In this document: in pieces, positions 13,726 through 26,105 of the stretch
How positions within the stretch are numbered: the first letter of the stretch is position 1
Layout of the letters: each line of letters begins with the position of its first letter
DNA from: Lytechinus pictus
Lineage: Eukaryota
Reading direction: 5' to 3'
Assembly (NCBI RefSeq): GCF_037042905.1
Contig: NC_087252.1
Location: forward strand, 5,768,001 to 5,832,000
DNA: 64,000 bases
Translations under genes and position numbers: made by a program
The notes under the pieces: model-generated
Seen by the model: the letters and a program-made list of their open reading frames with translations, nothing else
Told to the model about the DNA's origin: nothing
Database searches by the model: none

Positions 13726-14553
13726 AGTCATTTGGATTATTCATTAAGCTATTGTTTTGTGTCTCTATTACATATATAGGAACAAATTATTCATTATCAT
13801 TATCATTCTGAAAAAAAAATATTATAATGCCTAATTTATCAGATTATCTCTATTCTCTATTTTTCGTAATATACGGGTCCAAGTAAAGAGGGCGATAAAC
13901 ATATTCACTTACAGTCCAACGGGCAACAACACCGTAAAAATGTTTACTTCTGACATGTCTGAGACTACGCCAGTACAGTTTGCGAATTTCTTATTTTGAG
14001 ATAATGAATTGATTCTAATATCAACGAGTTTCGTGAATATGCTCGGGTTTAGGCCTACGCAAAGATGCGTCATTGATACCTATATTTAAGAAAGACCTGG
14101 GTAGCGTATTTAAGACGTTATCTACTTTCCGACTAATCTAGTTCATTTTACAGTTATTGTATCGCTTTGTCGCTTATACATGTACTTGAAGGTATTAGTC
14201 ATGTAGGTGTAACAGTGGTGAAAATGACGGTATCTAATGGTATTCTGTGTGGGTAGCTGATATTGGATTTAAGCTATTCAACCACGCTGGAAAGCACTAC
14301 TTGTCAAAACATCTATTAAAACTGCTTTTTTAACATATCATTTTCGGAAACAAACACAAATTATCCTATTATTTTATTGAAGGGGATGTCTGCCCCAACA
14401 CAAAGTTGATTTCTATCAACAAAGACGAATAGACAAATCGAATAAAACACAAATGCCTGTTATGTCACCTATATTAGAAATGAGTTTGAACGAAATCCGA
14501 TAAAATGTCAACCATTTATTTATGTATAAATAAAATAAATCATGCCAAAGTAG

Positions 14554-14771
14554 GCCTCGTTCAGACGTGGGATCCCAGTCAGAGTCTCTTGGTCGGAGAA
14601 AGGGCGTAGTAACTCTGTCCAGACGGGCACTACTCGGACTATGCTTCCTCAGACTCTTCTCCGACCAAAACAGCCTTTATGTCTTGGTCGTAACAAGATA
14701 AATATCTTTCGAAAGTTAATCCATGTGTAATATAGTTTTACTTTGAATAGGATCCCACGTCTGAACGAGGC
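14554..14771. mobile_element. MITE with perfect 22-bp TIRs (possibly PIF/Harbinger-like)
   Basis: GCCTCGTTCAGACGTGGGATCC (14554-14575) / GGATCCCACGTCTGAACGAGGC (14750-14771). Confidence 0.75.
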
Positions 14772-17099
14772 TTGATTCTGGTTTAAAAATATATATTATT
14801 GGTGAGAAAATGCTGAGCAAAATAAGCATGTCATTCCGCCATACGGTAAAGTACACTGTCCCACAAGTCCTTATCTGTGTAATTGATCATCGGTATGATT
14901 TATTTTCAGCATAGATTTCATGATTTCACATTTATTGAAAATTAGCCGAATATAGATACAATGTCTACGATTATAATGACAATTAGCCTTGAATTTTAAA
15001 GACATGCTTGTTTCAGGCTTTGCTAATAATGTAACATACACACTTTTGGAGCACTAAGGTGCACTATGTGCTGGCATTATCATTTGAAACCCAAAACGGG
15101 TGGCACTAACATAGATAAACACTTGACGGCACCTATACCAGGTATGCTCAGTCGCTCACAACCCATCGTTCCTTGCATATGTGTGATATGTGGCGGGAAT
15201 TCTTCCTTTTGACCAATACTACATGAGTTTGGAAAAAAAATCTGTCCACATATAAAACAATAAATCTTTATTTTTCTAATCCGAATTATTAGGTCTTTGA
15301 TTGTTATTGCAGTTTTCGTTTGTATACTTAAACTTGAATTCATGTACATTTTATTCTAAAATAGTTGAAATAAACATTATTATGTATAGTTAGCTATTCA
15401 TGGTGTTCTTTGAAGAATATGCAAACGTACGAGCGGGAAATAAAAACAGAATGAAGAATGTCAAAATGGTACTAAAATAAGAAATTTTATTTTGAGTTCA
15501 GTTCAGTTCAGTTCTAAAAAAGACATTGAGTACAGATATATACATAGAAAATACACTTCAAATATATACATCAGTATTAAAAAAAATGTAAACACGCAAA
15601 ACACTACCTTAAATAAATACAATGATATTCATGTATAATTAGGCCTGTGTACATTAATATTATGAGAAACGAAAAGGAGGACTTAAAATAAAGCCAAAAG
15701 TGGCCTTGTGAGTTAAAGTCTCCTAAATTAATAAATGCTAATTTGGAGGCTACTTAGTATATACAATAATCAAAGCATATATGACAACTTAGGTTACAAA
15801 AGTAAGTGGATTAAGAAATGGACATACGGTATAAGATAAGCAACAACAAAAAAAAATTGTGGCAAATCGTCTAGAATATTGAGTAAAAGATTCCATCATC
15901 GTATCCGCTATCATAATAAAATAGATAATAAATCAGAAAAAATGGATGACAGAAAATGCACCAAAATGAAAGAAATCATAGTTGTACTGTTCCAAACAAT
16001 ATTTGTATAATTATATTAAAAGCGGTGCAATATTTTCCTTGTTATGTCTTCGATCTGAGGTTATGTTTTTATGTTGGTACTTTATAGAAACTAAGAGACA
16101 GTTTTCTAGGCACATATACAATGGTATTGTTTGGCCCCTATATTTACACTATTATATTTGCAATTTCCTTGTAGGTTTATTTGCTCCATAGCGGATTTTG
16201 GTTCATTCAGCTCCATCCACCGACTTTCAGCATGTTTAGACCCTTGATGCCAACTAAGCGATTCACTTTGTTTATCCAATTTGCTTGCGATTCATATTAT
16301 ATGCGTAATTGTCTCAGACCACTTCACAATTCAAAGAAGTTGGCTTGAGCAGGAATAATCTTGTGAAAAGGAAGTTGGTAACTTGATTTATTGATATTGA
16401 TATATTGCTGAGGACAAGCGAACCTTTCAAATTGGATTTGATAATATAACCCCTGTCCCCTTTCACATTTGTCTCACTGTAGTACGGAAGTGGAATGATT
16501 CTTCCTTTCATAGGAATAAGGTAAAACTATCTTTAACTCATCTTCATCTCTTCATGTTCTTGAGTTCTCCCTTCTTTCATTTTATTATTTGTGTTCATGA
16601 TCCGTTCTTCCTATAAATTTACTTTCATTGTGATCCTTTCCTCCATTTGATCTAGACTTTCTATTCAATCTTCTCGTCATTATTCGCCTTTTCGACTTCT
16701 CCCCTTTTGTTTATATTCTTTGTTTCGACCCTTTCCCTTTTTTTTATAAAATGATTTTGAATTAACACCATGTGAGTGATTAAAAAGGAATTTAAGGTGC
16801 ATTAGTATGTCATAATGAATTACAGCTCAATATGGATGTGGCTTATAATTCCAGTAAAACGTGACGGTAGAAGTGCATTCTGTATCGTATACATAGATCG
16901 ATCAATGCTTGAATTGACTTAGCAAATCCAACATCATCTTAAGTAGAAATGCATTGTGTTGACATAACTTCTGCTCTGCTTTCGTACTGCAAACGTTCGA
17001 CATGATAAAGCGGTCATTTCACGTCACTTTGATTTGATCTACAGTACTTGAAAACAGATGGAAATTCAGATCATTAATCAATTCTAACGATTATTTCCA

Positions 17100-18020
17100 G
17101 AGGTGTACAACTAAGATTTCTATTTACTTTTTAGAAAAGTTATTTGTTACCAGACTGTGTGAAATTATGTCCGGTTCAATTGTACGCCGATAACACGGTT
17201 CTTTATTCCTCTCACCCATCGATCCAAAACGTAGAGTCAGCTCTTAACTCCGACCTGGAGAATATTCATAAGTGGATGAATAATAACAAATCGAGTGACA
17301 ATTATAATAAAACGGAATGCATTTTTATCGGAAGTATACGTATGCTTGCTTAATGCAATGTCTTGAATGTATCATTTAACCATTCCCGTATAAACCAAGT
17401 GCGTGAATTTAAGCACTTACGACTGATTTGTGACGAAGCTTTGACCGGGAATAAACATATCGAAAAACTAGTTCTGAAAGCAAGTAAGATGGTTGGTTTT
17501 CTAGGCCGATTGAGACGCTCGTTGAATGAATCAGTTGTAAACTCAATTTATTCATTTTTAATCAAGTCATTTATACTCCCATATTTTGATTATGGTGACG
17601 TAATTTATACAACTCAGCATGTAATAAATATACCGAACTACAATACTCCAGAAGGTACAGAACAGAGCAGCTCGTATCATATTAAGAGTAAAACCAGAGT
17701 CACACATATCTGTTGCTGAGCTGCATAAATCTCTGGGCTGGCAATTTATAAACAAAAGGAGAAATCAGCATTGTATTGCTTTTTATGTATAAAGTAATGC
17801 ACGAACTAACTCCTCTGTATCTACGTAATAAATTCATACCTCAATAGTACTCTTCTCGTTGCGGCGAAAAAACTCCCTTTACCTAAACCACGGACGGAAT
17901 TCCTTAAGAAATGTTTTAAACATAGAGGTGCCAAGGTATGTGATGCCCTACCTTTGGATCTAAAATTGTCTTCTACTGTAAACAGTTTTCAAAACTTAAT
18001 TATCATCTCACTTCGGTGAC
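17100..18020 (+). mobile_element. Degenerate CR1/L2-clade LINE RT C-terminal fragment
   Basis: QLYADNTVLY..LNSDLENIHKWMNNNK, FKHLRL, ILPYFDYGDVIY; stops and frameshifts; AT-rich 3' UTR probably runs to about 18720. Confidence 0.85.
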
Positions 18021-20207
18021 ATGCTTTCCTTGTCATATAGTCAATATTGCATGCTCTTTTTTTGTCTTTCTTCCCCTTCTCCTCCCCCATTGTTCACTTA
18101 ACAAACTTTAAATTACAAACTGATTCTGATTTTATTCAACTGAATAGTTCCACAAAGTTCATTCTCCTTTTTACTTTTGACTTCTTGTATGAATCAAATC
18201 AGCGTGTCGTGTTTTTATATATTTATTCCGACGTTGTCTCAATACAATGTGGATCTTTATTCTGAATTCCCTTAAATAGTTTTACGCTCTTAGTTGTCCT
18301 CTTAAAACTGTATGCGTGAACCAAAATATTGTGTTATATGACAGTTTAAAATCATTTTATATTCATTTTATTGTTCCTTACCGACAACAGTCGTTTGCTT
18401 TTTTTTTCAATAATATGATAGCAGCCTAATTCTTTCAATTAATTCATTTTATGAAATATTTCGTGTAGATTCTTGCCAAACTATTGAATCTTATGATCTT
18501 TTGAGATTAGTAACATGATATATAATATCACTTTTGTTATATTATTTTATTTACCGTATATGGTGTTCTTCTTCCATATGTGTTTACTTTTTATTGTATA
18601 TGGAGTACATTGCAGAACAGTATTGCCATGTCGACTAAACTGAATATGGGCTATCCATCCGTTTTGCATTTTGTTTTGTTTTTATACAGAAAATAAATAC
18701 TATACTACACTAAATAAAGAATCTAGTCAGATACATAAGCATTATTATACACGGGCGTATGTATGTGTGCGTTTGGATGTGTTGCGACAAAGTGCGTTTA
18801 TGTGTCAATAAATCCATCTTTATGGTATACGTGCGTCTTTCATTTTTTTCAACGATCTTGAATACAGAATTTCATCCCACCTTTTACATTTGGTTTAATA
18901 TGTAAGTTGAATATTAGTCTTTGTGAAATGCTATGTGGATTCATGTTATTTACGATTTTGTTGTTTATGGGTTTCAATAATTTTACATTTACTAGCAGTA
19001 TGTCAGCAGAATTTATGTTAAATAACTGACCTTTCATAGAGCTGGACATTGGGTAAAACGAGTAACTGTTACTTATTAATGCAAATGATCATAATTTCCA
19101 TGACTTGCAAAAAAAGTCCCGGTGAAAGCGAAGGATTTAATGCAAAAGCTAATCAATTGATATTAGGAGAGAAAGGCTAATAATTAATCTCCTGTAAGCT
19201 AACGGCTTTAAGCGATGATGAAGAATCATGCTTTTACTCTTACATGGATAATAATAGATCGTCGGTGATGGCAGTATTCAGGTTCATTTCCACGGTTTAA
19301 TCAAGGGCCGATACCAAGCTGGAGCCACGGGTATATTTTATAATCAAGACATCAAAGCTGGTGCTTATCCCATTATATTTTAAACCACCATGTCACTTTA
19401 GTACAAATGACCTTCCTCTGATCATGCGTAGAATCTTTTGATCATGCGCAGAAAGGAACTAGGAACTGGCTTATTCTCCAATGATGATAACATGGTCGTA
19501 GGCAGCTGTTGGGAATGGTCACTGCTGCTGAAAATGGCTCAATTTAAATGGAGAATCTGTAGTGACTGAATGGAGGAAGGGGCAGGGGGGGGGGGTGAGG
19601 AAACGCCAAAATGAATCCATCTAGATTTGCACCATAATAACAATAAAACAACATTGGAAGTAACATTGAAGTATTGGTGTGTTTAAGGGATTGTTTTCGT
19701 TTGTTTCATAGTGCATCACTATTCCCTTTGCCTTATAACATTAATTGGTAGAAGTTAACGTGTTCGGGCAGTTCCTCTTCATACTCCCTAATTAAGAAAA
19801 ATGTCAGTAAATCAGGCAAATGTCACACATTTTTGTACTTTTTTTTTTGCATTAAAAAAAAAAGTTATCTCTCGTCATCTGATTTCAAACGAAAACGAGT
19901 ATGCTGGTGTGTTGAGAAAATCGGGCATCCGATTATGGTAGTTTAGAATCGCAAAAAAAGAATAAAAATCCAGCATAACGTGTTTTATTCCATAAACATG
20001 TCATTTTCATGTTCTATGGGTTTATATATTGCACTAATCCATGCAATAATCCATGTCAGGGAGAGCGGTATACACTGTACTGCACTCTTAAAAATGTTAT
20101 GCAACATACAGTCCACACAACATTGGTTAAAACATTTTCCCGTTCTGGGTAGTTTTAAACCAAAAATGCGTGCTTTGAGTGAAAACTACACAGTATTGAT
20201 TGAAAAC

Positions 20208-20570
20208 AAGGTGAAAGTTCGCCCCGACGACAAATCATTTTTTATAAAAAGCAGAATAACAATAATAATAATAAATGATGAGGATGTCATTACAATCCGA
20301 AAAAGGGAAAATTGAGTTATGAATTAATAACAATCTTATTACATGACGGCAGAGACGAGCAGCTCCTGCATAATGTAATGTTGTACAAATTATAAAAATG
20401 TTATTAAAAAATGAAAGTGATGTTATTATTAAGGTGGAGGCTATATCATCAGGTACATCATTCCATACCTTCTTTCATAAGAAAATATTTGTATTTATTA
20501 TTGTCCATTAAAAATATGGAACTTATAATTTTTCCACACAAACATATCCTCAGGGTGAACTTCCCTTGAA
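20208..20570. mobile_element. Degenerate Kolobok-type MITE
   Basis: aaggtgaaagttcgccccgacg ... cctcagggtgaacttcccttgaa; related to the copies at about 35589 and 38580. Confidence 0.5.
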
Positions 20571-22031
20571 CTCTCTTCTCTCCCCTCTCTCTTCCTCTCT
20601 GACTTTCTATCTCCCTCTCTCTTCATATTTATTTATTAAAAATGCACACACCTACACACACTTTGCCACATGTATTCTTCATAAAATATTCGACAATGAA
20701 GGTGGTTTAATATGTTTAACAAGACATTGGAAAGAAACAAGTTGAAAATCAAGAAAAGGAATGCTGCATAGGAAAAAATAGAGAGAGACAGAGAGATTGA
20801 TAAAGAAAGAGATTGATTAATAGAGAGGGGGGTGGAGGTTTTCATTAACCTAGTTTCAACGATGGTCAGCATGGTCAGTGAGCAAGGTCAGTTGGAAGGA
20901 AACGCCATGGAACAGCTTGGAGTGAGGCGTGAAAAAGTTGACATCTTTTCGAATGCTATATATAATATATGTATTTTGAAAAGAAACCCAACCATCATGG
21001 CCATGTTAAACACGTGATTTGATAATACAATTATGCCAGCAACGATGGATCTGCTACAAATTGTAAACATTAACACATTGTCCACTTTTTCTACCTGTTT
21101 GCGTTTATATTTGGACACTTAAACACCTTCTTCAGGGAGAAGGAATATTCAAGCGATATTGATTTGCATGCTTCGATCAATATTCCTGCTTTCGGTGCTG
21201 AAGTGAACTAAAGTAAGTCTCGAAGACCATATTCACTAATATGAGAACGTTTCCTTCTTTAACTTCAGCAAGCATGGACTACAAAATTAAATTAGTTTAA
21301 CCGAGCTATGAACAAAACTCTGACATTCGTAACACCTAAACTCTAATAAATGTTTTATACTAGACGCTTGGCCGTACGCATATTTTGTTCAGGGGGGGGG
21401 GGACGTTTAAATATTTTTGAAGAAAATCCAAAGCGAGGGAGCAAAGTGCTTGTGCGCAAGACGCTTTTTCATTTCCCAACATAAATTGAAGCATTTTGTG
21501 CGCACTTTACGGAATACGGTATAATTTGTGCAGTAAAGATGTAAGTTTTCAAAATTGATGGAGGCAACTGCCCTTTTCCCCACCGCCTCATACAGCCAAT
21601 AATCGAAGAAATAGATAAAAAGGTGTTAAAGTCAAGAAAAAGAAGTTAGAATACTTTGTTGTCAGAAGCCCGAATGAGGATTTTCCCGAGATAAATAAAA
21701 ATGGATTGTTAAAGCTGTTATTGCAGTTCTAGCTCACTACAGAAAGTACTTCCTAGCAAATTGTAGTAAGGTTTGAGTTCAGTTGTCCCATGTTTTCATT
21801 ATACGAGCCGATAATATTTTGTCCATCAATTATAAAATAGCAAATAAGTAATTATCCAAGCGACCTCACTGCGACGCCAATGAATGGGGTTAATAATGAT
21901 TATTAAAAATAGTTATCATTATTAACAATTACACAGTGAAGGTTGGCAAATTACCATTGTTGTCATGCCGCCTATTCTTTCTGGCCTAGAAAGTCTAAGT
22001 AATTAAGTTGTTATCATTGAAATGATATAGT

Positions 22032-22305
22032 GGAGCGTTGTGGCCCAGTGGATAAGTCTTCTGACTTTGAAACAGAGGGTCGTGGGTTCGAATCCCAGCC
22101 ATGGCGTAATTTCCTTCAGCAAGAAATTTATCCACATTGTGCTGCACTCGACCCGGCAGGATTAATTCCTTGAATGCACGAGCGCTGAAAGGCAGCTCGA
22201 GCTAAAGCCGGGGTAATAATAATAATAACAACGCGCCTCGGAATAGAATATTTCTAGATAGATGGCGCTATATAAATGCATGTTATTATTATTATTATTA
22301 TTATA
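22032..22305 (+). mobile_element. tRNA-derived SINE with (TTA)n tail
   Basis: A box tggcccagtgg, B box ggttcgaatcc, non-tRNA body, tta tail. Confidence 0.85.
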
Positions 22306-22496
22306 TTACAAGCAAATTATGAAATAGTTGTCAGACTGCAATTATTTATCGCTTACATAAATATGTATTATTCTTCATTTGACAAATGACAACACCCTGA
22401 TTCCAAGACTGCGGGAAGTGCTAACTTAACATTATAAAAAGGATTGAACTCGCTCAGTTCTTTGAAAAACTATTGTTAGGGGGGGGGGGGGCTGTT

Positions 22497-22656
22497 CAGG
22501 GGCCACGAAAGCGGGGGCTGGGGTGGGGCTTCAGCCCCCTCCCCTACTTTTTTTTCCCAAAACTGTTTACAAAAAGGTAACAATTACCATATGATTGTGA
22601 TTTTTTGCATGGTCAGCCCCCCCCCCCCCATTTGAAAAACCGTTCGGCGGCCCCTG
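22497..22656. mobile_element. G/C-run MITE (CAGGGGCC termini), copy 2
   Basis: caggggccacg ... ccgttcggcggcccctg. Confidence 0.7.
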
Positions 22657-22919
22657 CTGTTACCGTGATTATAAGTCGCTAGTCCGAAGTATACACTTTG
22701 AATATGTTAATGATCTACATCGACACCAACTGCGTATTATTTAGCCTTTTTCCAAATCTTACCCACAAGCTACAAAGAAATAGGGGGAATACTGACAGCA
22801 TTTTTTATATGGAATACATAGACAATTTGTTCTAGATGATGAACATAAAATTCCCCTAATTATTTATGTTAATATAGACTGTATGTTTTATCGTTTGCCT
22901 TATTATTTTTTGGAATTAA

Positions 22920-23702
22920 TTTTTTTGGTCTCAATGTATAGATTTCTAGTAGCTCTATAAGATGATATTAAAGAAAAGTTGAAATTCCTATTTAAAAGTG
23001 ATCAAAAATGGCAAAGAAAAATCACTTTTTGTTCAAAAGGGGTTAGGTCCATTTCAGTTTAGTTGCAAAAGGGATTAGGTCCACACCGATTTTTTTTTGG
23101 AAAAAATTTTTTTTTAAAAATATGAATAAAGGTAGATTTCTTTTATACCCAATTTTATGTTGTCATGGTAGGGAATCTTGAAAATTTAGTTTCGCATAAG
23201 AATATGCAATATAGGAGAATAAAAAAAAATTATTTTCTTGGAGTGGACCTAACCCCTTTTGCAAATAAACTCTTCTGAAGAGCTCATTTTTCAAAAGGGG
23301 TTAAGTCCATTGTTCATAAATTTTATTGTTTTCTGTCTCAAAACCTCTAAATTTTTAGTCGCTTTGATGAAAACAAAGAAAATTAGAAATTTACATGAAA
23401 ACGTGAAAAAAGTGGCAAAGAAAAGTCACATTTTTAATCAAAATAGATTGGATTCATTTCAGTTTACTTGCAAAAGGGCTTAGGTCCACAATGATAATTT
23501 TTAAAAGAATTTATAGAAAAAAATTGAAGACAGGTAGATGTCTTTTGTACCCAATTTTATGTTCACATGATAGGGTAGTACATCATGACAATTTAGTTTT
23601 TCATAAGAATATTGCAGTAAGCATGGTAAGTGAGAATAAAAATCATGATTTTTCTCAGAATTGTCCAAAGTGGACCTAAGCCCTTTTGCAACTTAACTCT
23701 TC
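22920..23702. mobile_element. Two head-to-tail units of a DNA-transposon-derived MITE with GAAGAG..AAAAGGGGTTAGGTCCA termini
   Basis: Junction ctcttc-t-gaagag at 23270-23282; right end ctcttc|atat at 23702; recurring aaaagggnttaggtcca motif; related copy at 60140. Confidence 0.65.
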
Positions 23703-23862
23703 ATATACGCCTACAATTGTTTTATCTATTAATTTCGTTCACAACATATCCAAATTAATTCAAATTAAAAATAATTGTCAAATTGTACATGTATGATTTC
23801 ACACACACACACACACACACATATATATACATATATATACAAATGATGTCTCTGATATTTAA

Positions 23863-24389
23863 GGGGAATAAAACCTTTGGAACAAGTGGGCGTGTATGGA
23901 AAACGAAAGATCAAACAATAAGATCAAAGAAAGTTGGGAAAAATCGGAAAATAATGAGAAAGTCATAAGCATTTGATTATTGCGTTCTCTAATACGATCC
24001 TCCCATTGGCAATTCCCTTTGATGGACTATAAAATGCATCCAAAATGTCTTTTTGATTTCCTCTTTCTTATGGTGATACATTGTATTCTTTGGAAATTTG
24101 CATTTCCTGCCCCCTAGAGAAAGAAAACATGATCGACTGATCAATGTGATAAAAGAGACAATTTAAGTGGAATATACACAAATGTAACGACCAAGTTGTT
24201 CACACGTGACATCACACATCTTTGTCGCATTGCCAATGGGGTGAATACATATTACAATAATGATCTAAACTTCAAATGCTCATAATTTTCTAATTATTTA
24301 TTCATTTTTTTTTCATATGATCGTTGATCTGTTTAATGGATTTATCTGTTTTCGCACAAACTTCCTTGGTACAAAGGTTTCATATTCCT
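23863..24389. mobile_element. Kolobok-type MITE (degenerate)
   Basis: ttaa|ggggaataaaacctttggaacaag ... cttggtacaaaggtttcatattcct. Confidence 0.6.
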
Positions 24390-24989
24390 TCAGTTCTTTG
24401 ATGCGTAACATAGAATTACATGTATGAGCACACGTTTGGCTCGCTGAAAGTTGTGGACTTATTACGCTACTGACCCGTAGGTTGTAGAAAAAAAAAAAAA
24501 AAAAACCCACTAATAATGATCCTTATGGTGCATGAATATCATGAATCTATCTGCATGCCTAACCATAATTAATATAGAATTTCATGCGAACTCTGTCCCC
24601 CGAATCGCTGATGAATATTATCCGATAGTAATTCATCTTGAGCATGTCGAGTATGTAGTCTGACCAAGGAAACGAATTTCAACACGCGTAAGATAAATTT
24701 AGAAGATACAGCGTATACATCAATTATTTATCATCGTGATTTATATGCGCGGTATAGGGAAACTGATTTAGAGGGAAAATTTGTTTGCTTTGTTGCATGG
24801 TAACCGTAAACCCCAAAACAAACACACACAAAAATGTCCCAGTATAATTATTGAAAAAGTGTGCTATCCAAATGGGCCTACATCATTTCACAACACTGCA
24901 CATCTCAGAATGTTGCATTATGGGACAGAAAGGTCTCTCAAATCGGGCGTCTTCAGTGAGTACATAACACATGTGCATGGCTGATTTGT

Positions 24990-25460
24990 AGTCAACCTAG
25001 ATTTACAAGCGATCACCCCTATCTTAAAGATCTGCCCTTGCTTCCAGTTCGCCAACGAATATCGTTCAAGAGTTTTTTATTTGTGTACAAGCCGCCATCT
25101 ATATTTCTGTGCTTTTACAAAGAAAAGTTCACAGACACACTTAGTACCTTCGCAGTTCTTATGATAATTTGCTCCTTCAAATCCCCACGCGTAAGAAAAG
25201 ATAACTTTGGGAGATCGTGATTTCGCCTGTGCAGCCACAAAATGATGGAAAGGTTTGTCGTATGTAATTAGATCTTGTCAATTATTAGAGACGTTCAAAC
25301 AAACATATCTTTTTAATTAATTTCTATGCATTTTTTCCCTTTTCTAATTTGTTTTCAAGCATTTCATACGGTCCTAATTTCAGCGCAGTAGAATATATGC
25401 TCATAGGTATTGCGCTATACAAATCAGTATATCACTATCATTATTATTTATCGCTATTAT
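24990..25460 (+). mobile_element. L2-clade LINE 3' fragment
   Basis: ITPILKDLPLLPVRQRISFK resembles the L2 HITP.LK.LHWLPV.QRI.FK motif; (tta)n-like tail near 25440. Confidence 0.7.
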
Positions 25461-25899
25461 TAGAAACAGAACCAGATTTTAGTATATAATGACCTCAGGT
25501 GGTGCTAGATAGTGCTGATGTTTCGCATTAACATTACGACTCACTTGTTGATTGGTAATTAGGGTCTTTGCAAATTGTCACCTTCTTGATATTAGAACGT
25601 AAATTGGAATGTGGCATTGCGTAGCCCTTACTACTGTACTATTAGTATCATCATAATTATGCTTACGACTTGACCATTCCCATACCGGATCACAATTGGT
25701 GATAACAAGTTCTCTTCCCCCTAGTCTAATTCCCTTTGGTTATACAACATCAAGTAGATAATCAATAATTGAATAATTTGTGGGCGATGTCTCAAGCAAT
25801 CATCGCGGATGATTAGTTCACAAGAGTACTCTTTTTGCATCCCTTCGACTTATTTTTCTTTTTATATACTTTGCATCTACCCTGTTGATACGTACATCA

Positions 25900-25913
25900 G
25901 TAACCATGACAAC
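25900..25913 (+). promoter_or_regulatory. RFX X-box motif GTAACCATGACAAC, followed by CCAAT at 25927-25931
   Basis: Matches GTHNYY-AT-RRNAAC at all positions; about 190 bp upstream of the sGC ATG. Confidence 0.55.
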
Positions 25914-26102
25914 ACACGCTTTGTGCCCAATGCCATTATCCTGTGCCTTCGCTCATAATGCAATCGGGAGAAAGTCAGATAGCTTTCAACCCTTCATTCA
26001 AAGTTTACTTCATCAGTTGCTCTCTGGCGGAAAGTTGAAAATATTTTGCTGTTCGTCACTTTTAATTTCTTCAAGTGAAGACTAGAAATCGAAGTGCCGG
26101 CT

Positions 26103-26105
26103 ATG
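26103..26105 (+). CDS. GUCY1B2: sGC exon 1 (ATG only)
   Basis: gccggctATG|gtaagt. An ATG-only first coding exon is typical of sGC beta genes. This is the nearest such site upstream of exon 2, with an X-box and CCAAT upstream. Confidence 0.7.

Noticed and set aside
13451..13811. His-rich, poly-Thr/Ile and poly-Val ORFs
   Set aside because: Translations of a (CAT/CAC)n microsatellite, open in several frames, with no splice or domain context.
22032..22105. tRNA gene
   Set aside because: The tRNA-like head continues into a SINE body and tta tail. The same applies to the heads at 32250, 35968 and 43616.
23030..23500. Recurring aaaaggggttaggtcca motif as a CRISPR-like array
   Set aside because: Irregular spacing, mixed orientation and eukaryotic context; these are MITE terminal/subterminal repeats.
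2962..23631. Other ATG|GTAAGT sites (2962, 8820, 23623) as sGC exon 1
   Set aside because: 2962 lacks any supporting promoter context and 23623 lies inside a MITE. 8820 is distant and has upstream ATGs. 26103 is nearest and has promoter motifs. 8820 is kept only as a weak alternative.
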